Shown here: positions 9,942 to 18,322 of the stretch, in pieces
Numbering within the stretch: position 1 is the stretch's first letter
Layout of the letters: each line of letters begins with the position of its first letter
IMG/VR virus record: IMGVR_UViG_3300042451_000960
DNA: 64,000 bases
From: a virus
Lineage: Duplodnaviria; Caudoviricetes
Direction: 5' to 3' (one strand)
Position numbers and translations under genes: made by a program
Notes under the pieces: generated by a model
Told to the model about the DNA's origin: nothing
Databases searched by the model: none
The model's input: the letters and a program-made list of their open reading frames with translations, nothing else

Positions 9942-11249
9942 TTAAACTTTATTAAGTTTTGGAATTTGCATTTTAGATGTATTTAATTTTGGAATATTAA
10001 ATGGTACTAATTTTGGCTGTGGTTTTATGTACGAATCAACAATATTAGTAAATCTTTCATGCATTTTTTCTAATGTGAAATTTTTTAAAGTATTTTCTCG
10101 TAGCCCTTCTGATTTTTCTAAATAAGAATTATAATTTTTATAAACATCATATATCTTATTAGCTGCATTTGAATAATTTGCACTAAACCATTGTGCTTCC
10201 TTTAGAATAAATTGGTCAGCAGCGGATTCATCAATTTGAGTTAGTGTACCTTCCAAAAACACAGTGTGTTCAGCTGGTAGGAAATCCATATGCCCACTCC
10301 AACCACTAGCTATAATTGGTTTACCTGTCAAAGTAAACTCAGCCATTGGTCTACCATACCCTTCACCTTTTGTGAATGAAATCATTGCTTTTATTTTTGG
10401 ATGATGATAAAGATTACTCATATCTGTTTCTTCCATGTCACCATGTAACAAATAAATTGGTGGACATTTTTGACCAAATGATTTTACAACATCTTCTATT
10501 TTTTGTCTAATGTTTTCTCTATCAATAACACTAAATCCAGCGTGTGATGTTTTTATTAAAAGAGCAGGTTTTTTATCCTTCGGAGTGTGTTGAAATACAG
10601 TTGCGAATGTTTTTAAAGTCATTCCAATATCTTTTCTATCTTGTCCCAAATTACCCTTTAACCAATGACCAACAACTAAGAAACAAAAATCTTCTTTTAT
10701 ATTTTCTAATATGTCAGCTTTATCACCAGGTCTTTCAAATCCTTTATTGAATATTTCAGTATCAACACCTTCGAACAAAACTTCAATTGGTTTTTGTAAT
10801 TTTATTTCACCAACAATTTCTCCAGTTTGTTGATTTTTTTGTTGATATACTGTACCTGCTAAGTTTTGCATTGTAAATTTAGATGGTACTATAATCAAAT
10901 CCATTTTATTAGACCCATCAATAAAATCTTTTGGACAAATTGTAGTTTCTACACCAGCAGTTACACCAATGTTATAATGTCCTTTTGGTTCAAATTCATT
11001 TGCTACTGAAACTTGCATAAACACATCCGGTTTATCACCAATCTCACCAATTACTCTCTCTAACATCCAGCGGCCAAAATCATCATCATCACTTACTTGG
11101 TTTTGTGGTGTATTACCCCAACGAAGTGGAATAATCTTTATATCGTACTTATCCATCTTACGAAGTGATTTCATCAAATCTCTACAATGGTCACCATACC
11201 CACTTCTAGTAAAAATAGGTCCCTGAAATACTAATGTTGGTTTATTCAT
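9942..11249 (-). CDS. GT4-like (GT-B) glycosyltransferase
   Basis: RSGYG, DRKDIG and GEGYGRPMAE...GKPIIASGWSGH motifs. Confidence 0.85.
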   Translation of the reverse strand: MNKPTLVFQGPIFTRSGYGDHCRDLMKSLRKMDKYDIKIIPLRWGNTPQNQVSDDDDFGRWMLERVIGEIGDKPDVFMQVSVANEFEPKGHYNIGVTAGVETTICPKDFIDGSNKMDLIIVPSKFTMQNLAGTVYQQKNQQTGEIVGEIKLQKPIEVLFEGVDTEIFNKGFERPGDKADILENIKEDFCFLVVGHWLKGNLGQDRKDIGMTLKTFATVFQHTPKDKKPALLIKTSHAGFSVIDRENIRQKIEDVVKSFGQKCPPIYLLHGDMEETDMSNLYHHPKIKAMISFTKGEGYGRPMAEFTLTGKPIIASGWSGHMDFLPAEHTVFLEGTLTQIDESAADQFILKEAQWFSANYSNAANKIYDVYKNYNSYLEKSEGLRENTLKNFTLEKMHERFTNIVDSYIKPQPKLVPFNIPKLNTSKMQIPKLNKV

Positions 11250-11259
11250 ATACTATAAC

Positions 11260-12642
11260 TTATTTAACTTTAAATACCTCAAATCTTTGGCGAGGTTTCC
11301 AATTTTCAAATGTTGATTCAATTCCATCAATTAATGTTTGGCACATATTTGTATGAGATAATCCTGCTTCGTTTATAAAATGTTCTCTACCTTTAAGAGC
11401 GTTTGCTTTTCTTTCTTCTTTTGGTGTGTTATACATTTTCTCAATTGCTTCAGCAACTTCGGTTACATCAACTCTATCATCCCAAATATAAGGCGTTGGT
11501 ACTGAACCTGCTAATGCCATTGCTCTACTCCATACCGGAATAGCCCAAGGACCAGGTTCTGCTTTGGCTTCCCATTTTCTCCACTCATGTAATGAACCAA
11601 TTTTAATATAATCGTCAGCAACTAATACATTGCCTTCTACTTTAAATCCACATTGGTCTTGCAATCCACCAGTTACATTTACGATGATTGGTGTACCAGC
11701 CATTACCGATTCTGCAGTTGCTAATCCAAATCCTTCGTTGTTAGCGATGTTGATTGTACAATCTACTATATTATAGATAAGATTCAATTCTTGTTGTGAC
11801 CTTCTTTTTTCTGAAAACTTAATATTAACATCAGATGCTACAGCTTCGATAACAGCATAAAGGTCAGTTCCATTTTCATCCACCGGTTGTGTATGCATTA
11901 ATAGTAAGCACTTATCTGCTTTTTCTTTTCCAATCTTGTCACAAAATAATTTATAAGCATATATAACATCAGCTGGTTGCTTTCTTCTAATATTACGATT
12001 TGACCAATAAAGAACAAAATCGTATTCTTTATCACCTAATACATCTTTTTTGAATTCTGCCGAAACTTCTTCCGGTTTGTATATATCAGTATTAATACCA
12101 TGTGGTACGTATCCTACTTGCCAATCAGCTTTTGGTTTCCAAGTTGGTTTATCAATTCTTGCACTAATTCTTTTAATGATACCATATGTTTGGCGAGATA
12201 TACAACCAATCCAATCACAACTTTCATAGAAGTTACGATTATACATTGGGTCTGGTAAATCATCCCAAATTGCGTAAAATAATAGTGGTACGTTTTGTCT
12301 AATTTCGTGCTCAATATCATATAACCAAGTCCAATAACGAGGGTCAGTAAAGTGTAGGATAGCATCTGGTCTTTCTGCGTTAATTAGTTGCCTAATCAAA
12401 TCCGCATTACCATAACCATTCCAAGGTAAAATTTTTACATTAGCATCTGCAATTCCATAATTTTTTTGGATGTCTTCACTTACATCTAAAACTTTACCTG
12501 CTTCTGGGTGATTAATTGCCGCACCTACTTGAAACCAATCGTATTTGTGAGCAGTTCCTAAAACCAATTCCTTAGACATTGTAGCGATACCACTCGCCAT
12601 TCTTAAATCATCTGAAAGTAACAATATTTTTTTCTTTGCCAT
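11260..12642 (-). CDS. GT4-like (GT-B) glycosyltransferase
   Basis: PHGIN, NRNIRRKQ and NEGFGLATAESVMAGTPII motifs. Confidence 0.85.
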   Translation of the reverse strand: MAKKKILLLSDDLRMASGIATMSKELVLGTAHKYDWFQVGAAINHPEAGKVLDVSEDIQKNYGIADANVKILPWNGYGNADLIRQLINAERPDAILHFTDPRYWTWLYDIEHEIRQNVPLLFYAIWDDLPDPMYNRNFYESCDWIGCISRQTYGIIKRISARIDKPTWKPKADWQVGYVPHGINTDIYKPEEVSAEFKKDVLGDKEYDFVLYWSNRNIRRKQPADVIYAYKLFCDKIGKEKADKCLLLMHTQPVDENGTDLYAVIEAVASDVNIKFSEKRRSQQELNLIYNIVDCTINIANNEGFGLATAESVMAGTPIIVNVTGGLQDQCGFKVEGNVLVADDYIKIGSLHEWRKWEAKAEPGPWAIPVWSRAMALAGSVPTPYIWDDRVDVTEVAEAIEKMYNTPKEERKANALKGREHFINEAGLSHTNMCQTLIDGIESTFENWKPRQRFEVFKVK

Positions 12643-12650
12643 AACTAATT

Positions 12651-12851
12651 TTAAAATTGTGAACCTGAAACTTGAAGTTTTAAATACTCATTCATTTCTT
12701 TTCTGAAATCTTCATCATTAACATATCTTTCCACAGTTCGATTTACTAACTTCTGAAGTGTTACATCTGATGTGAATGATACTTTTTTAAAGGATGAGTA
12801 AACATCTTTCAAGATTTTCACAGTTGTTAATTTTGTGTTTTCTTGAGTCAT
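12651..12851 (-). CDS. Small hypothetical protein, possible ribbon-helix-helix DNA binder
   Basis: LTTVKI strand followed by two predicted helices (inference). Confidence 0.35.
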   Translation of the reverse strand: MTQENTKLTTVKILKDVYSSFKKVSFTSDVTLQKLVNRTVERYVNDEDFRKEMNEYLKLQVSGSQF

Positions 12852-12927
12852 TATAATATTAATTTATATATTTGTATATATAAGTATATTATAAAAATAA
12901 AAAACAACTATTTTTAAAGAACTTTTT

Positions 12928-13797
12928 TTATTTATCAGCCTTACCATCACAATGCTTTCCTAAGAACTCACACCATTTACAATTCTTTTTGTTGGTACCC
13001 GGTACTTTGGGGAACTGAATATCTTTATAAGTTCCATCATCATTAAACACCGTATTGATAAATTCCATAAATTCATCATGTGCTTTTGTAACTGATGGTG
13101 CTCCATGCGAAGGAGCATGTTTTGATATGTAAGGAATTGGAAATGCCGAATCTTCGGGCAACTTCCTTCTCATAATTTGATATTCAACTCTAATTTTGGA
13201 AAGTGGAATATTAAATAATTCTGAGTAATATTTTTTATATAATAGTATTTGTGCGTTCTTAAACTTATCAGCTTTTTGGTATTGATTCCAACCTTGAGTT
13301 GATGTTTTAAGGTCAATAATGATAATTGAGTTCTCTGCTAAATCTCTAAGTACAATATCTATGAATCCAATAAAATGAACCCCTTCTTTGATTTTAGCAT
13401 TAAGTGGAATCTCAATACCAACTAATTCAAATCCTGATTTAGAATAGAATTTATTAAGATTCTTTTTTAACCATTCTAATATTCTTCTACCATCACCATA
13501 AAATTCTTCTAATTCAATTTGAGTACACGGAGTTCCTTCACTAAGGGCTTCTTTTTCTTTAGTAAAGTTTTCTTTCAATCTATCTAATAATAATTTATCC
13601 AAATTAATCTCATCGGCTTGTTTTTTGGATACACCATACATTACTGAAAGATAGTGTTGAATAGTTTCGTGCATTGAACTACCAAAGATAGTATGAATGT
13701 TTCCAGAACTTTCACCTAACTTATCTATGTAATTTAACTTATATTGTTGTGGGCAGCTACTCCACATTGAGTACTGCGAAAATGATACTTTTGCCAT
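12928..13797 (-). CDS. PD-(D/E)XK exonuclease, Cas4/AddB-like with Fe-S cysteines
   Basis: E...GFIDIV...IIDLKT catalytic motif; one N-terminal Cys (SSCP) plus C-terminal CKWC...C. Confidence 0.8.
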   Translation of the reverse strand: MAKVSFSQYSMWSSCPQQYKLNYIDKLGESSGNIHTIFGSSMHETIQHYLSVMYGVSKKQADEINLDKLLLDRLKENFTKEKEALSEGTPCTQIELEEFYGDGRRILEWLKKNLNKFYSKSGFELVGIEIPLNAKIKEGVHFIGFIDIVLRDLAENSIIIIDLKTSTQGWNQYQKADKFKNAQILLYKKYYSELFNIPLSKIRVEYQIMRRKLPEDSAFPIPYISKHAPSHGAPSVTKAHDEFMEFINTVFNDDGTYKDIQFPKVPGTNKKNCKWCEFLGKHCDGKADK

Positions 13798-13801
13798 AAT
13801 G

Positions 13802-13833
13802 TAAAGATACGAAAAAATGGTGAATATACCAAA
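13802..13833 (-). promoter_or_regulatory. Bacteroidetes-type promoter (TTTG-N20-TATCTTTA)
   Basis: Minus strand TTTG GTATATTCACCATTTTTTCG TATCTTTA, ending 4 nt before the nuclease ATG. Confidence 0.65.
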
Positions 13834-14283
13834 TTAAACTTTGAGTTTTAATTTAGTAATTTGCTTAGTGTCAGTACCATAAGCCTCCGCAATTTCTTTG
13901 ATGTGTTGCTTACCTGCGGTTGTTTGATAAAGTATATGAACATAATCCTCAGCTTCTAACTTAGATACTTCATAATACTTTGCAACTAACTCAATAACCC
14001 AACCTTCATACTTATCGGCTGAAGCTGGTTTCATATATTTTAAGAATGCTCTAGTCTTTGGTATCAATCCGATAAGAGCAAGATACATTGCTTTTGGTGG
14101 AGCTTCCTGAATGTAAGGTGATATATCTGCTATCAACTCTATCCATTCGGATTTCATAGAAAGAAAACGGAGTATCATATAGTTACTCCATGTCTTTTTA
14201 TCGCTCTCATCAAGCTTATCCCAATACTTTGGGTCTTTATCTTGCGTTATTGCATTTATATGGTCGAATAATGTTTTAGCCAT
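13834..14283 (-). CDS. Clamp loader small subunit (T4 gp62-like)
   Basis: TLFDHINAI...WSNYMILRFLSM...FLKYMK pattern; adjacent to the gp44-like gene. Confidence 0.6.
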   Translation of the reverse strand: MAKTLFDHINAITQDKDPKYWDKLDESDKKTWSNYMILRFLSMKSEWIELIADISPYIQEAPPKAMYLALIGLIPKTRAFLKYMKPASADKYEGWVIELVAKYYEVSKLEAEDYVHILYQTTAGKQHIKEIAEAYGTDTKQITKLKLKV

Positions 14284-14573
14284 TAATCTTCTTTTTTATT
14301 CATCTTATCTTTAGCTTCTAAAGCTTTAAGTTCTATTTGTTTTGAAAACTCTTGTTCAGCACCACATTCACCACAAACTGCGATTTGAAATGGAATATGA
14401 ACGTCTTGGTCACCACCATACGCCAACTTAGATAATCTTCTAAGTTTCATAGCTGGGATGAACACATTATATCCACATTTTTCACACACCATTGGTGTTG
14501 ATGATGATATATCTAGTTTTGGTTGCATTCCGCCCATTTGTGGAATCTCCCCCTGTCCGATAATGTTAGCCAT
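14283..14573 (-). CDS. Zinc-ribbon hypothetical protein
   Basis: Two CxxCG pairs (CEKCG, CGECG). Confidence 0.5.
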   Translation of the reverse strand: MANIIGQGEIPQMGGMQPKLDISSSTPMVCEKCGYNVFIPAMKLRRLSKLAYGGDQDVHIPFQIAVCGECGAEQEFSKQIELKALEAKDKMNKKED

Positions 14574-14574
14574 A

Positions 14575-15513
14575 TTATATTATATTTAAAATTTGTATTA
14601 AGGTTGATGCTGCTATAATTTCTTTATCAATTGCTACCGCAGATTTAGCAATACTATCACCTAAAATAAGGATTACGCCCGATGTGTTATCAGCTGCATA
14701 TTCATCTACCTTATCATAAAGTAGTGTGTACAATTCTGAAAACTCCGATGCTCTACTATCAATTATAGCCTGTCTTAACTTCATGTATTTATTTCTTTTA
14801 TCATCATTTGATTTAAGAATATCCAATACTTTTAATTTGTAATCATTCTCTAATAGATTTTGCACATCCACTTTCAACTTACCTTTATGCGAGTTAAGTT
14901 GGCAAGTATTGATTACCTTACGAATATCAGGATAACTAGCATCAATTATTGGAACTAAATCTTTTGGGTCAAACTCCACTTCTTCAGCTTTCAAAATTTT
15001 ACTCATCTGAATTGCTACATCCTTTTTAGTTGGTGGAATGATTTGGAAAGATTGACATCTACTCTGAATTGGTTCGATTACTTTCTCAACATAGTTGCAC
15101 GTTAAGATGAATCGACAATGTTTAGAGAATGTTTCCATTAAGTTACGAAGGATTGCCTGAGCGTTTTGTGACATATAATCAAACTCATCCATTATGATAA
15201 TCTTAAATGGTTTGAATCCCATAGAAGATGCAAAGTTTTTTACTTTTGTTCTTACAGTCTCAACGTTATTTTCATCCGATGCGTTGATAATCATATAATC
15301 ACAATCTAACGATTTAACAATTAATTTTGCTAACGTAGTTTTTCCCGTACCTGCTCTACCGTATAATAGTAAATGTGGTACATCTCCACTTTCTAAATAA
15401 GTTTCTACTTTTGATTTTAGGTGCTCATTACCTACATAATCTACCAACTTATTTGGGCGATATTTTTCTACCCATAATGAGTGGTTATTTTCTTCTTGTT
15501 GATATTCAAACAT
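14575..15513 (-). CDS. Clamp loader AAA+ subunit (RFC / T4 gp44-like)
   Basis: LWVEKYRP, GRAGTGKT (Walker A), DEFD and SRC motifs. Confidence 0.95.
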   Translation of the reverse strand: MFEYQQEENNHSLWVEKYRPNKLVDYVGNEHLKSKVETYLESGDVPHLLLYGRAGTGKTTLAKLIVKSLDCDYMIINASDENNVETVRTKVKNFASSMGFKPFKIIIMDEFDYMSQNAQAILRNLMETFSKHCRFILTCNYVEKVIEPIQSRCQSFQIIPPTKKDVAIQMSKILKAEEVEFDPKDLVPIIDASYPDIRKVINTCQLNSHKGKLKVDVQNLLENDYKLKVLDILKSNDDKRNKYMKLRQAIIDSRASEFSELYTLLYDKVDEYAADNTSGVILILGDSIAKSAVAIDKEIIAASTLIQILNII

Positions 15514-15519
15514 ATTTTT

Positions 15520-15954
15520 TTATTTTCCAGTTGAACCGAATCCGCCTTCGCCTCTTTCGGTATTTGATAATTCTTCTGCTTCTACAAATTCAATAGGTGG
15601 ATGTGGTATAATCATAATTTGTGCAATTCTATCACCTATTTGGTATTTTTCAGATTCATTACCTTTCAACCAATTAGTTTTTTTGAATGTAGCTTGTAAC
15701 TCACCTCTGTACCCACTATCAATTACACCTACACAATTTGTTAATGCCAAATCATATTTTCTAACAGATGAACGAGGAAATATTAATCCTACAAATCCAT
15801 AAGGAATTTCCAATGCTATACCCATACCATAGGTAACATCAGTTATAGTTTCTGATATTATTGAAGTTGCTACTAAATCCATTCCAGCATCACCAGCTTT
15901 AGCGTATGTTGGAATTACTGCGTTTGGATTAAGCTTCTTTATTCTCACTTGCAT
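15520..15954 (-). CDS. dut: dUTPase (trimeric type)
   Basis: AGMDL, PRSS, GVIDSGYRGE and RGEGGFGSTG motifs. Confidence 0.95.
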   Translation of the reverse strand: MQVRIKKLNPNAVIPTYAKAGDAGMDLVATSIISETITDVTYGMGIALEIPYGFVGLIFPRSSVRKYDLALTNCVGVIDSGYRGELQATFKKTNWLKGNESEKYQIGDRIAQIMIIPHPPIEFVEAEELSNTERGEGGFGSTGK

Positions 15955-16333
15955 ATTCTTCCATTTTTTGGTCAAAATTTTCCATATCAGCTTCTTTTAA
16001 ACTAAAAGCTTCTCTTTGTTTTTCTCTCATTACTCTACCTTCATCGGATAATTCTCTAGCAAATATTTTAAAACATTTACCAGATTCTCCATTTGTAAAT
16101 GTAATATAAGAATTTTCTACATTTGTAATTGTAAAAATTACTTTAGGGTCTTCTTGCTTATTTAATTGGTCATCTGTCCAAGCAAATACTTGTGGTTTAT
16201 CTTCATCAAATTGAAAACACCATTCACAATCTTCATATTTTTTTTGTTGGATTGAAATTACACCCAGATCATTTTGAGTTGGGGTTTCAAATTCAACTTC
16301 TTTTACTTCTTCTTTTTGTTTTTTCTTTGCCAT
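15929..16333 (-). CDS. Hypothetical protein
   Basis: Intact ORF within the replication operon. Confidence 0.5.
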   Translation of the reverse strand: MAKKKQKEEVKEVEFETPTQNDLGVISIQQKKYEDCEWCFQFDEDKPQVFAWTDDQLNKQEDPKVIFTITNVENSYITFTNGESGKCFKIFARELSDEGRVMREKQREAFSLKEADMENFDQKMEEYASENKEA

Positions 16334-16347
16334 AATTTTATTTTTTT

Positions 16348-17559
16348 TTATCTTCCTACTTCTCCCAAATATTTTTCTTTCATTTCTTCCCAGCTGATTC
16401 CAATCGCATCTATGTAGAATAAATGTTCAGGTTTGATTCTGCCTTCATCATGTAGTTTTGTGTATCTACTAATAGCGTGTTTTTTCCACCATTTATTGAT
16501 GTATTCTGTACCTTGCTTAAACTTATCTTTGATGATTAGTTTATCTTCGGTAATTTCGTTACGAAGGAATTCACAACCATTCTCATACATCATAGCCATA
16601 TACACACCTCTTTTAAATCCGTGATGATATTCAGTTGCCTTAATACCACATTCTTTAAAGATTTGTCCTAATATCTTTTGTTTGATACCACTAACAGGTC
16701 CGTTAGCTTCATATCCCATGTTAGCACCATTACGAGCTCTCTCATCTGATATATTTTCTTTATACCATTCGGCACGATTTTCTTTTAACCATTGATGCCA
16801 AGGGTCATAATACTTATCATCCGGCTTAATGCTAATCTTACCAGCCGATTCACCTAAAGTTTTGAAAAGTGGAATACCATTGTATTGAGAATGGATACCA
16901 TACAAAGATGTTGTACCTACTGCTATAAGTACATTCTCATATTTCTTCTTCCAATACTCTCTTACTTCCGGCACCGTAGTCATCATAGCGATTAACTTAC
17001 CACCTAAGAAGTTATAACCCAATGGTTGAGTACATACAATTGTAGAAGCAATAGTTGTATTATTTAACTTACCTTTTACAAATTTATCATCTTTAGTCCA
17101 ACCAATGAAGTTATCTCTCACACCTAATGCGGTTACATCGGATGCTAAAGAGATTTGACCTAATAACTTTCCGCTTGTTCTATCTTTTACATTAATCTTT
17201 ACATTTCTGCCAGGGTTTGCTGTAAAATCCATTGTGTGAATCATTCGTCTTACCGCTGCCCACTTAGTAGATTCTTTGGCATCATCCACAATCTCAACGT
17301 AAGGGTCTAACGATTCAATTTCTTTTATCGTTAGCTCCTTATTGTTGATGTCAGTTGGTCTCCATTGAAGGTCATAATAAGATGCAATTTGGGATTTAGC
17401 CTGAATCATTGTAGGGTCTTGCAACTCTACCCACTTTTTGTATAAAGTTTGCTCCTGCACAGACATCGTCATTAGATAGTCCATGTTTTCTTTTAACTTT
17501 TGTTTTTCAACATCAAAGTCAAAGACAGGTTTTTGTGGTTCGGTATCCCAAAAGCTCAT
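16348..17559 (-). CDS. DUF4338 (Druantia DruA-like) family protein
   Basis: PGRN...GKLLGQISLAS...RDNFIGW...PLGYNFLGGKL...TTSLYG pattern recognised as DUF4338-like. Confidence 0.65.
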   Translation of the reverse strand: MSFWDTEPQKPVFDFDVEKQKLKENMDYLMTMSVQEQTLYKKWVELQDPTMIQAKSQIASYYDLQWRPTDINNKELTIKEIESLDPYVEIVDDAKESTKWAAVRRMIHTMDFTANPGRNVKINVKDRTSGKLLGQISLASDVTALGVRDNFIGWTKDDKFVKGKLNNTTIASTIVCTQPLGYNFLGGKLIAMMTTVPEVREYWKKKYENVLIAVGTTSLYGIHSQYNGIPLFKTLGESAGKISIKPDDKYYDPWHQWLKENRAEWYKENISDERARNGANMGYEANGPVSGIKQKILGQIFKECGIKATEYHHGFKRGVYMAMMYENGCEFLRNEITEDKLIIKDKFKQGTEYINKWWKKHAISRYTKLHDEGRIKPEHLFYIDAIGISWEEMKEKYLGEVGR

Positions 17560-17561
17560 AA

Positions 17562-18257
17562 TTACTTAATTTCTACGAGGTAATAGTTTGAAGTGTAATC
17601 ACCATCGGTAAACGATACGTGTGATAATCCTTTAGATGAAATCTTTAATGAAGATGTCTTAGAACCTTTGTTAGCCATTAAGATAGCTTTCAAATACTTT
17701 GCTGAAAATGCTATTGGTTCAATATCTTCTTTACATTTACAATCTACAGCGATTGAAATTCGGTTAGAGTTAATTGAAGAATAACCCAATATAACTTCAC
17801 CACTTCCACCTTTACAAGTGAATGTAAATGTATCAGCATCAGCCAATGCACCTTTAGATTTGATGAACTTGTTAATAAAGTCATCATTAAGTGTAATCTC
17901 TGCATCAAATTCAGGCAAAGCCTTCAAATCGGGTACCGCAGGAATTACTGAAGGTGCTGCTAACATATATTGTACCTTAGTACCTTTATCAGCGAACTTA
18001 ACTGCTCCAGTTGTTTCTTCTACAGTGATTGCCTCATCCAATACACTCAACAATCCTTTTAATTGTGATGTAGTGTAGATGCCAAATTCACCTTTTGGAA
18101 AATCCTTTTCAGCTACAGTAACATCACCCAATAGAGTTTTGTCATCTGAAATCATTCTTACTGAAAGATTCTTACCATCGGCTTTTACCATAACGGATTC
18201 AATCTCACCACCAAGGTTGTAACGATTGATAAAACCATCAAATTTACTTTTGTTCAT
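17562..18257 (-). CDS. Sliding clamp (T4 gp45-like)
   Basis: 231 aa, two-domain clamp-like sequence, FGIYTTSQL motif; lies between PolB and the clamp loader. Confidence 0.75.
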   Translation of the reverse strand: MNKSKFDGFINRYNLGGEIESVMVKADGKNLSVRMISDDKTLLGDVTVAEKDFPKGEFGIYTTSQLKGLLSVLDEAITVEETTGAVKFADKGTKVQYMLAAPSVIPAVPDLKALPEFDAEITLNDDFINKFIKSKGALADADTFTFTCKGGSGEVILGYSSINSNRISIAVDCKCKEDIEPIAFSAKYLKAILMANKGSKTSSLKISSKGLSHVSFTDGDYTSNYYLVEIK

Positions 18258-18290
18258 AATATACTTTTTATAGTTTAAGTTTTAGAAATA

Positions 18291-18322
18291 CAAATATACG
18301 AAAAATTATTCAATCTACCAAA
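18291..18322 (-). promoter_or_regulatory. Bacteroidetes-type promoter (TTTG-N20-TATATTTG)
   Basis: Exact consensus on the minus strand upstream of the clamp gene. Confidence 0.7.

Noticed and set aside
1-12642. Interpretation as a bacterial chromosomal O-antigen or capsule locus
   Set aside because: No wzx/wzy/ABC export or membrane proteins are visible, and the cluster is continuous and co-oriented with T4-like replication genes.
12928-13797. Cas4-like nuclease suggesting a CRISPR-Cas locus
   Set aside because: No repeat-spacer array or other cas genes were seen; stand-alone Cas4-like nucleases are common in phage replication modules.
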